Shown here: positions 12,001 through 21,586 of the stretch, piece after piece
Position numbering within the stretch: position 1 is the first letter of the stretch
Layout of the letters: the number at the start of each line of letters is the position of its first letter
From: Tubulanus polymorphus
Lineage: Eukaryota > Animalia > Nemertea
NCBI RefSeq assembly: GCF_964204645.1
Contig: NC_134029.1
Location: forward strand, 24,546,950 to 24,610,949
Direction of reading: 5' to 3'
Length of the DNA stretch: 64,000 nucleotides
The notes under the pieces: model-generated
What the model saw: only the letters and a program-made list of their open reading frames with translations
Databases searched by the model: none
Told to the model about the DNA's origin: nothing
Program-made: the position numbers and the translations under genes

Positions 12001-15000
12001 CTATTGAAATGATAGCCGATTGTAGCTGAATTCAAAAACTACCACATTCAGAAAATTCAAATAGAATCCGAAATATCATATTTCAGATCTGATAATATCA
12101 TATTCCTCAGATGCGAGTGATTAATAATTTGTCAGGTAGATGAATAGTGAAGTGGCCAGCAGCCGCAGCAGCAGCAGCAGCAGCAGCAGGCAGGGTACGT
12201 GTCATGTATGGAAGCCTCGTTTTGTTACCGCAGCAAAGGTTTTACATCAGTATTGAGATGAGCTTGCTGTTACTATGGAAACATTAGTAGACTATTGACT
12301 AGTGTACGCAGAGACCAGAGAGAGAGAGACCAAGGAGAGACTGGGGAATGAGAAAGACCAACGAGACGGGAAAAAGACCAGAGAAAGAAGACAAAGAGAG
12401 AGAGACCAGAGAGAGAGAATCTTTGTTCCACATTGCTCAGAATTTGACTCAAAAGACAGTGGAAGTGGACAAATTTGTCAAACCAGATCCAAGATTCACA
12501 GTAAGATACTGGGATTCAGAACTGACAATACTGTGGAACTGGATCCAAGATTCACAGTAAGATACTGGGATTCAGAACTGACAATACTGTGGAACTGGAT
12601 CCAAGATTCGCAGTGAGATACTGGGATTCATAACTGACAATACTGTGGAACTGGATCCAAGATTCACAGTGAGATACTGGGATTCAGAACTGACAATACT
12701 GTGGAACTGGATCCAAGATTCGCAGTGAGATACTGGGATTCATAACTGACAATACTGTGGAACTGGATCCAAGATTCACAGTGAGATACTGGGATTCAGA
12801 ACTGACAATACTGTGGAACTGGATCCAAGATTCACAGTGAGATACTGGGATTCATAACTGACAATACTGTGGAACTGGATCCAAGATTCACAGTGAGATA
12901 CTGGGATTCAGAACTGACAATACTGTGGAACTGGATCCAAGATTCGCAGTGAGATACTGGGATTCAGAACTGACAATACTGTGGAACTGGATCCAAGATT
13001 CACAGTGAGATACTGGGATTCATAACTGACAATACTGTGGAACTGGATCCAAGATTCACAGTGAGATACTGGGATTCAAAACTGACAATACTGTGGAACT
13101 GGATCCAATACCGAGATTCAGAGGAGAGTTGAAGATAGAGGAGACCTTACTAATCAAGACCTAATTTACATTTTAAACAGCCAGGTACCCATATATATAT
13201 ATATATTATATATATCTGCATATAAACTCAGCTTCAAATAATGAATTTTGACAACATTGAGGCAGCAGCAGGAAGTATTTATAATTGGAAATAGATATGA
13301 TTCTCCTTTGAATAAACCAGTGAGAATTAAACTCTATATATCCATATGACACGAGAACCACAAACTCGTCAAACCCGTTAAATCTGGGTCGGCTGTATCC
13401 GGATTTTGGGTCTAATCCTGGACAATATTTCCTGTCCACTTGTTCATCAATACACAAGGAAATGATTTTTAATCCCTGGTAAACAGGATGAATTTTGTTG
13501 ATCCGAATTAAGCGGATTCTTCCCTAGTGACAAAATACTAACTCAAAGAGAAACCAGACTCAAATTTGTGAAACTTACTTTAAATCAGGGAATGGATCAT
13601 CTGAAATAACCTACAAATAAAACCAAACAAACATTCAATATACATTTGAATACTCTAATATTTAATTAGTAGTTTAACTACACTAGGTCAATTGTGAATG
13701 AAGAATCTATTATTCATAATTCTGAAGCTAGACTTGTCCAAAAATAGTGTCCATGAAATACAATACAATTCAAACAAACATGATTGGTTTATTACTACGG
13801 CAACATCATATTACTAGACTGGAATCTTTTTAAAATATTGACATTTAGAATTTAATAGCCATAGATTTGAAAATAAACTAATCGTTAAGCAGGGCTCAGT
13901 AATTTAGATATTAGTGATGTTGATTATAAGGAGTTGTTTATAGTGGTAGATTAAAGTAAAGAAGTGAGTCAGCTTGTATATAACAGCTGTGACACACTAG
14001 TCAGTCCTCTCTAACCATTCCATACCTTAACTCAATAATAACAGTGAACTGTATTCTATATCTGCGAGAAGAGATGAAACTGCTGCATGCAGTGTTTGAA
14101 ACATGCACGTCTCCCGAGATACTCTTGCATGGAGGGTTGGTGACACTGGTAGGATCCAGTGATACGTGTCAATAACAGAGAGTCAGTGACACTCATAAGA
14201 TCCTGTCAATCACAGGGAATCAGTAATACCTGTAGTGGTCAGTAACACTCACAGGGAATCAGTAATACCTGCAGTGGTCAGTGACACTCACAGGGAATCA
14301 GTAATACCTGCAGTGGTCAGTGACACTCACAGGGAATCGGTGATACCTGTAGTGGTCAGTGACACTCACAGGGAATCAGTAATACCTGTAGTGGTCAGTG
14401 ACACTCACAGGGAATCGGTGATACCTGTAGTGGTCAGTGACACTCACAGGGAATCGGTGATACCTGTAGTGGTCAGTGACACTCACAGGGAATCGGTAAT
14501 ACCTGTAGTGGTCAGTGAAACTCGTAGGGAGGGTCAGTAACACTCGTAGGGAGGGTCAGTAACACTCGTAGGAAGGGTCAGTGACACTCGTAGGAAGGGT
14601 CAGTAACACTCGTAGGAAGGGTCAGTAACACTCGTAGGAAGGGTCAGTAACACTCGTAGGAAGGGTCAGTAACACTCGTAGGAAGGGTCAGTAACACTCG
14701 TAGGGAGGGTCAGTAACACTCGTAGGGAGGGTCAGTAACACTCGTAGGAAGGGTCAGTAACACTCGTAGGAAGGGTCAGTGACACTCGTAGGGAGGGTCA
14801 GTGACACTCGTAGGAAGGGTCAGTAACACTCGTAGGAAGGGTCAGTAACACTCGTAGGAAGGGTCAGTAACACTCGTAGGAGGGGTCAGTAACACTCGTA
14901 GAAGGGTCAGTAAGTAAATCTCACCTGTAATGGAACTTCATCCATCATATATTTCAATTCATTATTATCTGTCTGAATAAAAGCTGAAAAGGAAAAAAAA

Positions 15001-16396
15001 AATTAATTCATTGACTGTGTGCGACAGAGAGATCCATCACAAATAAAACTCCATGAATGACATCATTAGCTAGTACAGGTCCTAATACTGGCCCGTAACG
15101 TCCTGCGTAGGGCCCTACTACTGGCCCGTAACGTCCTGCGTAGGCCCTACTACTGGCCCGTAACGTCCTGCGTAGGGTCCTACAACTGGCCCGTAACGTC
15201 CTGCGTAGGGCCCTACTACTGGCCCGTAACATCCTGCGTAAGGCCTGGTAATAACAATATCAGACTGGTTCTCCTCACTGATTGACACTCAGTCTTACTG
15301 AGTTTGTTTTTTATTTCTATATTTAGCGCATGATCTAAAAACTAATTCAACTATAGCTGTAGACATAGGACTTGTATTGCACAATATAAATCAGCCTGAA
15401 TTGTATCCATGTAATTCATGTTTACGGCCACAAATAAAAACAAAAAAATTGACTTGAAAGTTTATTGACGCCTTGAGTAACAACAATTGCTTAATATTGT
15501 TGACAATAATATTATAGCTTACATAATATCAAGGATAAATGAAGTTATTTTGGAATGAATATATCGGTAATTGAATTGAATTGACCGGTAACTAGTCTAG
15601 CCGCCGCGATATATCGATGTGGTAGTAGGGCCTAGTGCACATCCTCTCAAAAATAATTATCAAAATTTATCAGATATTAAATAAGATTTGTGAAATTACA
15701 AAATAATGCCAAAATTCACATTGAAATGCCAATATTGATGACATAGATGATAGTGCAAGTGAACTCAATGCGCATACATTGATACTTAGTAAACCACGTA
15801 TCAATATATATATATACACGGTCAAAAATATGTTTAGCAAAATGAATCTAAGAATCCAGGATTCAAATCTCTGTAACAACTGATTAAACAATCAACGATA
15901 TGAGGGCCTACAGGTATCGACTGTCCTGGTGGATTGTCCAGCAGCAGGTGACGACAGACATTTGACATTGACAACAGTGCAGCACTGTCAACTGATACAC
16001 AGCCAACCACAGTGATTATTTCTGTCAAACTGACTTGACAGTTCAGTTGTCAAAGATGTTGTGTAAAGAGGGTCATTTATTGGCTGGAGGCAATTAAAAA
16101 ACTCATCTTTAAATGCTAAATATTCAACACTCAACAGAGTAATGACAGACTAAAGCGGTAAATTTTGCCTGGGTAGAAGTTAACATTTTTGAGTAGTTAA
16201 TTTCTTCCAGTGAGCCCTCCTCTCCTCGTCACCAGCAATCTTACTAATTAAACAATCTCATACCTTGTCCGGGACTTTCTAATCCATTTACGTGCGTAGT
16301 TTTGAAGTATAAAATGTTAGCTATGAGTAAAATAAACGATAATTCCAGGTTGCTCATCGTAGAGCTGGTCTTCCTGTGCTGCTGTATATTCGCCAT
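1..16396 (-). CDS. TMEM131: Transmembrane protein 131 (TMEM131), 5' part: 24 coding exons (~940 codons); gene continues beyond the left edge
   Basis: GT-AG exons with consistent phases, in transcript order: 16264-16396 (MANIQ..., hydrophobic signal-like stretch), 14925-14983 (AFIQTDNNELKY), 13579-13610, 10919-10990 (PIKFQPPLLDFHQ), 10678-10801 (VGMPKMEQV...HFHCSFFQDK), 9492-9605 (PPGANTSFDVVFLARQVGNVENTLYIHTS), 8971-9093 (VFGIGTPNPYRLQPFLGAKVPLNSSFSP), 8579-8659 (VVEMYSSGGDLHLELP), 8349-8502 (EIPPYETK...NHTAFIRIKTN), 7766-7884, 7382-7490, 6555-6660, 6317-6467, 4816-5097, 3600-3722, 3325-3516, 2639-2791, 2469-2544 (IYFD...CYVGLP), 1997-2114, 968-1106 (LKFPLT), 509-618, 354-435, 82-248, 1-6. 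The motifs closely match vertebrate TMEM131 as I recall it. Confidence 0.96.
1181..1442. mobile_element. Tc1/mariner-pogo-type MITE
   Basis: TIRs CAGTCAAACCCGCTTAAT / ATTAAGCGGATTCAACTG flanked by TA on both sides, with internal ~15-bp GCTTAATCCGG repeats. A degraded second copy lies at ~13365-13520. Confidence 0.75.
1580..1804. mobile_element. Second TA-flanked MITE
   Basis: Imperfect TIRs CAATCAAACTCGTCGCTTCAGTCATCA / TGATGACTTAAAGCAGCGAGTTTAACTG with TA flanks. Confidence 0.6.
4006..4808. repeat. GC-rich minisatellite, ~59-60 bp unit, ~13 copies
   Basis: Unit TGATTTACTGTTTGGGTTCCCGGCAGGTACGGTGGGACC(C-rich)CGGAGTA; it explains the spurious ORFs at 4399-4804. Confidence 0.95.
5542..5930. 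repeat. 57-bp minisatellite containing TTAGGG telomere-like hexamers
   Basis: Unit GTCACTGGTCACCTGACCTAGGGTTAGGGTTATATGCCAGTCATTGGGACCTGTGAT, ~6 copies. Confidence 0.9.
7005..7372. repeat. 21-bp minisatellite
   Basis: Unit TGTTTGAGCTGAGATTCTCTC. Confidence 0.95.
8758..8920. repeat. 23-bp minisatellite (second array at 11632-11828)
   Basis: Unit TGAGGGGAGAATATACCTCAAAT; the same unit occurs in two different TMEM131 introns. Confidence 0.9.
11012..11320 (+). repeat. AT-rich dispersed repeat, diverged direct copy at ~15445-15790
   Basis: Shared blocks ACTTGAAAGTTTATTGA, TAGTGCACAT.CTCTCAAAAA, GCCAAAATTCACA and TATTGATGAC in the same order. Confidence 0.7.
12485..13108. repeat. 56-bp minisatellite, ~11 copies, containing a MITE terminus
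   Basis: Unit GGATCCAAGATTCACAGTGAGATACTGGGATTCAGAACTGACAATACTGTGGAACT. Confidence 0.95.
14210..14913. repeat. Compound minisatellite: 39-bp unit switching to a related 22-bp unit at ~14520
   Basis: GTGGTCAGTGACACTCACAGGGAATCAGTAATACCTGTA, then AACACTCGTAGGAAGGGTCAGT. Confidence 0.95.
15087..15245. repeat. 33-bp minisatellite
   Basis: Unit TACTGGCCCGTAACGTCCTGCGTAGGGCCCTAC, ~5 copies. Confidence 0.9.
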
Positions 16397-17169
16397 GCTG
16401 TTGTAATAATGATCATCACAACACACTGAACAGAAAATACGTCATTAGTTTCACACTCTACACCGAAACCAGTCTCAATATCCAACCGCTTATAGATATC
16501 ACTCAACGTATCGGAATATTTCATATAAATCGCTCGTGGATGAATAAAAAATGAACTTCGATTTAATTTTATTTATTCAGAATATTAAATACGAAAATAA
16601 TATATGCAGTGCGCGGATTACAGGTCGGTCGTGCAACCTGAGCAACGTGTTGAGAAATGGGTAGCTCCGAAAATATCCGAATCGGGGCACCCTGATAGAA
16701 CCCTCGTTACAACAAACTAATTGTATAAAACGACTGGTTGTGACTAGTAAATAGGAAAGTGCTGAGATTTTGATAAATCGTTTTTAAAATAGTAAATTAA
16801 TAATTTGGAATAAAAACTGGATTGAATTGTACATTAACAGGTTTTCAGTAATATGATACGGACATCAGCCCCGCCGACTCGACTAGAGGAGGTTCGAATC
16901 CCAATCAGTGTAACAATCTGACGCATTTTCACTTGCTAACTATTATTCTGTCAATCTGAGAAATAGATTGTGAAGGTGAGGTTTATATAGATTCATCTAT
17001 TTTGTTAGACATCTTAAAAACAGTTGTATATAGATATACACAAAAACTAGTTCACGCCTCACCCTCTAGGTGGAAGCACCGTACGGTTTGGAAATAATTA
17101 CCCTACGAACCGGCGGGCCGGGCACTTACAGTTGAGTTTCATAGGTAATTAACTTCATCTTACAGAATA
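16397..17169. promoter_or_regulatory. Bidirectional promoter / 5'UTR region shared by TMEM131 and PDCD2L
   Basis: Head-to-head start codons only ~770 bp apart. A candidate PDCD2L 5'UTR donor GAAG|GTGAG lies at ~16975. TSS positions are not directly visible. Confidence 0.6.
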
Positions 17170-19582
17170 ATGACATCAGTTCTGTTGGGTTTATGCGACG
17201 CTATTGTTGGTGAAACTGACAATCTAGATGCGAAAATTAACAAGATCGGAGGAAAACCAGTGAGTATTTGAGATCTCCCCACTTTCCCCCGCCCTCAGCT
17301 GAATGGACCATTCAATGGTGCTTGTATTGTAGTGTAACGTTTGTATATTTCAGGATTGGTATAATTTGAATACTGGTATCACTGAGTCGTTTGCTCCACG
17401 CTGTACTCACTGCAATAAGGCACTGATTCTAGTCCTACAACTTTATTGTCCTTTAGATTTATCTGAATACCACAGGACGTTGTATATATTCGTGTGTCCC
17501 TCAAAAATCTGTTCAAACCAACAATATGGGTAAGATTCAACAGCCAGGCCAGTAACCATCCCTGTCTCAGCCTGTAACCAGCCCTGTCTTAGCCCCGCCT
17601 GAGCCAGTGAATGGCTATGCCCGTTTCAGCCTGGCCCAGCCAGCATTAATTATTACATTCCTACTTACACTGCTCTTCAGACTACTTAAATTTTCTTTAG
17701 GTGGAAAGTATTTCGATGCCAAGTAAAAGATCATAATTTCAAACTGAAGGAAAAAGAAGATTTACCAGTAAAGAAATCAACTGATTTATGGTGCGATGGA
17801 TCAGATGATTGGGGTGATTCAGAGTGGGGAACCCAGCGCGATGGATCAGATGATTGGGGCGATTCGGAATGGGGAACCACTACATCCGCTGTAGATCAAC
17901 AGACTATCATCAGTTATGCCAGTATTACTAGTAAATCAATAACAGGAAATCAGGATGAGGATATCAATGACAAACTATCTGGAATGGCAATCACTGATGA
18001 AGATGACGAACCAACAACATCAGCAGAAGCAGCAGTTACCGAATGTATTCCTGAAGATATGATGAATATTGAACAAGCTGCGTCAGTGTTAAATGTATTG
18101 AAATCATCGACACCAGAAACTGAAATGAAGGTAAAACTAAGAATCGATTTAAACCACTAATAACAGTAGAATGTTACAGCGCTGATCAGTGCTTCGTACA
18201 AACACTATCGTTATTGGTCACTTGTGTAGAATTTATCAATGTTTTTCCTACATTTGAATTTACTGATAGGACGTAGATGATGAACTAGTGTCGTATTATA
18301 TCAATGCAATTGAGGAACCGACAGACACCAATTCATCGACAACTGATAATAAACATATCACTGATTTACTCAGGGAATATTCACACAGAGAAGGGGTTAA
18401 TGTCAGTGAATTATTGAACCCACAATCTGACAAGTAAGTTAAATCATTACCGGGTTAGTATTTAGTTAGCGACTGGATTTCATATGAAATATTTTCCTCA
18501 GATTTCAGGGAAGTTCGGCAGAGAAATACGAGAAACCATCATTTAATCACGGAGATGAAATATTTCACAAGTTCACTAGAAGAATGTCCCGATTTCCACA
18601 ACAGTGTTTAAGGTATACAACACTCAGTCATTAGTTTAGTTAGTTACCTTATCGTTGGTGGTAAGCTCTTATAATCGGATGGGCTTATGTGGGTTGTGAA
18701 AATATCCATTCTAAACTAAACCACCAGACAGGATACTACCATTCATTCAGACAATGAATTTGTCATTCAGCCAATAAGTCAGTATGGCAGTAAGAATGTG
18801 ATTATTATTTTCAGATATTCATGGAATGGTGATCCTTTACTTATACATAAACACTTTACTCCTCAACAAACAACGTGCAAGTATTGTAACAGTAAACAGG
18901 TTTACGAGATGCAGTTGATGCCAGGTCTTATTCAGTTTCTCAAATATCAAACTTTTAATGGTCAGTATTTTAGGATTTGTCTAATGCTCCGAATTCATTA
19001 ATTCGTTTCCACCAACTATGATTTTCTACTGCATCTAAAATCAGGGGTAGCTTTATCGATTTTGTAATCTATGTATTGATATGAATCTATGTACTGAATA
19101 CTATTGCTGTGGAAAAGAATTCGGCCTTTAAATATCGTGTCATATTCAATCATTGTATAAACTAATGCAATAGCTACGGACACATAATTTTCAAATGGTC
19201 CAACTTAATTCCATTGGCAAAAGTTTGAAGTTCTGGACCCAGTTCCACAGTTCTGAGTTAAATTTGTCTCAAGAATTAAAACACTGAAAAAGAACTAACT
19301 TTAACTCTGAGTTAACTCTAATAACTGTCAACTGTGGAACTGGATCCTTGGCGAAAAAAAAATCATCAGTGGTTTCCGCGAGTATTATTCTAGCGTCTAT
19401 TATTTATTGTTCTATTTACAGGTGACTCTGCTGCTGCTGCTGCTGCTGCTGCTGTCGTCGTGGAGTTTGGTACTGTGTTGATTTATACATGTATGAATAG
19501 CTGTTGGAGCGAAACGGATTCAGTTAAAGAAGAGACTTGTTTATTACAACTCGATCCAGATCAACATTTGTTTAAAACGTGA
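17170..19582 (+). CDS. PDCD2L: Programmed cell death protein 2-like (PDCD2L / Tsr4 family, uS5 chaperone), 7 exons, ~425 aa
   Basis: Exons 17170-17259 (MTSVLLGLCD...KIGGKP), 17354-17529 (DW...CTHC...LVLQLYCPL...YHRTLYIFVC), 17701-18130 (WKVFRCQ...WCDGSDDWGD), 18270-18433, 18502-18612 (EKYEK...HGDEIFHKF...PQQCLR), 18815-18960 (YSWNGDPL...CKYC...YEMQLMPGL), 19422-19582 (VEFGTVLIYTCMNSCW...DPD, TGA). Phases are consistent and total 1278 nt. There is no MYND finger, which argues for PDCD2L rather than PDCD2. AATAAA at 19591. Confidence 0.95.
19235..19347. mobile_element. Short MITE, GGATCCAGTTCCACAG TIR family (PIF/Harbinger-like, tentative)
   Basis: TIRs GGACCCAGTTCCACAGTT / AACTGTGGAACTGGATCC. 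Related copies at ~37759-37893, ~28603-28700 and ~22704-22836; more distant ones at ~9160-9280 and ~25127-25257. Confidence 0.7.
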
Positions 19583-20044
19583 GACGTGGAAATAAAAATG
19601 CCTCGATATTTTACTTGAACTTCGACTCTCTCGTTTTCTTTCACTCGATAGGAATGAAAAATATCAAATACAAAACAAATAACAAACAACTACTTAAATC
19701 ATTTTACTTACGATAATGTATATATAATATATAGTATGTATATAAATTTATTGTCAAAAAGACATTTGTACAAATATTATGAAGTTTGGTACATGTTTAA
19801 AATAGCATTAGAATAATTGATCAAAGGCAATAGAGTTTTCTGACAAAATATACATCGTAAATAGAATACAATATTTAAAAGCATTTTTATAAATCATAGG
19901 GAATGGACTTAGAGGAAAGGGAGATATCAGTAGTATAAAGTGCAGGTCTGGTAAAAGCTTTAGGATAAAGATAAAGCTGTGTATAATAATAATAATAATA
20001 ATAATACAATATTTGATTGGCAGCGAATCAGAGATTGTCATGAT

Positions 20045-21586
20045 TTAAACGTCTCGTCTTGTTCCGTATAAAGCTGATAAAACTCCTTGAGCGACAATAT
20101 CGGGGAAACCACCTGAAATATATCAAATTATAAACATGCCACCTCTCTTATTTACTACTAATTCATGATGTGTTCATGAAGTACTTACGCTAAAGATATA
20201 TACGGGACCCTCATGAATATACAGGGCTGTACCTGGCATTTGAATTTTTTGGGGGCTGAGATACCCAAAAAAGGGCTGTTGAATATAATATAACAATAAT
20301 ATTTACAGAGACGGCACTTTTCCCAAATTTCTGGGGGCACCCGCTAAATATAGCCCTGGTTAACCTCGCCTACCGGGACTCGCAAAATTGGTCCTAGGTC
20401 GGCAAATTCCAATAAGTCAAAAAAATGATTTGGTTTTTGTCTGAGCTTGTCAAAAGTCTGAGTTGACTATGTGCGAGTAAGGGATACAATGTACTTCACT
20501 AAAAACCTGTGTTTAATTTGGTACCTTTATTATCATTTTGTATATTGTGCAGTGATATATTAATGACCGGCTGGTGAGAAAGTTCCTCTTCTTCTGATTC
20601 ATATTCATCTTCTAACGATCTGAGAAATAAAACACGACATCGTTCTTTACGGAATTAAATTCATCGCAGTCGATGAAATAAAATAGAAAATTCAATCTCT
20701 TACTCGGTGCTATCTTCTGTCATATAAATCATCGATTCAATTCCTAGAAACATCAATAAAGATTTAGGAACTGTTCCTTTATCTACGATACCCTGAAAAT
20801 AATAGCATCGATTTCACATTTTCATAAACGCACAGCTCTCAATCGTTTAACATCGTTTAAAGTTTTTTACCTGTAAATAATTTTCAAAGCCTTGACGTCT
20901 TTGTTCGAGGATTTTAGGGTGATATTTGAGAACGTGTTTGGGAGGAAATTCTGGTGTTTTTATGATTTTCTTCAACTGCAAAATAAACGGCAGCGTAAAC
21001 AGGAGGGTGAGGATGACAAGGCCGAGACGAAGGGGACACAACAGCTACAGTATCTGCTGTATCGTATAAAGCTGATTTCTATCAAATACCTTTTTATGAA
21101 CTTCTTCAAATTCACTGTATCTTTTCTCAATTACGTGACATCTTCCAGATAGATAAACTTGTATACGAAATACCTAAAACATTTATTCACCGATAGATAG
21201 ACAGAACATAGAGATAGGACAGGTTAGTCTAGTACCTAGCAGTCGTGGGAACCGGTAAAAACGACTGGTATTCAGACTAAGGACAGGTGGCTTGTTGAGA
21301 TCCGGCAGAGTATAGAGAATATTCATCATTCGTCATCCAGAATCTTCATCATTAGACGTTCATCGAAGCCCCAGATTTTGAGTCAGAGTAACAAAATAAA
21401 ATAGAATCATGACTCACAGATGACCAGTGATGACTCCTCCGCAAAAATTATATTTTCAACTCATTGACAATCATTGATTTAAAATTAGGGCCTCAAATCA
21501 TGAGTAATTAAATGTACAAAACTGACCGTGTAACTCGATCTGGAATCCTCTAATCTCCTGGAACTAGGTACAGAAACTCTGATCAT
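20045..21586 (-). CDS. SNX24: Sorting nexin-24/22-like PX-domain protein, 6 exons, ~166 aa
   Basis: Exons 21527-21586 (MIRVSVPS...SYT), 21090-21173 (VFRIQVYLSGRCHVIEKRYSEFEEVHKK), 20871-20975 (LKKIIKTPEFPPKHVLKYHPKILEQRRQGFENYLQ), 20704-20792, 20525-20619 (LSHQPVI), 20045-20112 (FPDIVAQGVLSALY, TAA). Total 501 nt. The PX motifs plus the C-terminal LSHQPV and FP-x-IV-x-x-GVL motifs match SNX24/SNX22. Confidence 0.92.
20222..20358. mobile_element. Possible short MITE (CAGGGCT...AGCCCTG termini)
   Basis: Imperfect terminal inverted repeat in the last SNX24 intron; single copy in this window. Confidence 0.4.

Noticed and set aside
12485-13108. Regular repeat array superficially like CRISPR
   Set aside because: Units are head-to-tail with no unique spacers, the context is a eukaryotic intron, and there are no cas genes.
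19583-20044. Overlapping convergent 3'UTRs of PDCD2L and SNX24
   Set aside because: Each gene has its own candidate AATAAA (19591 plus; ~19747 minus) that would end the transcripts without overlap.
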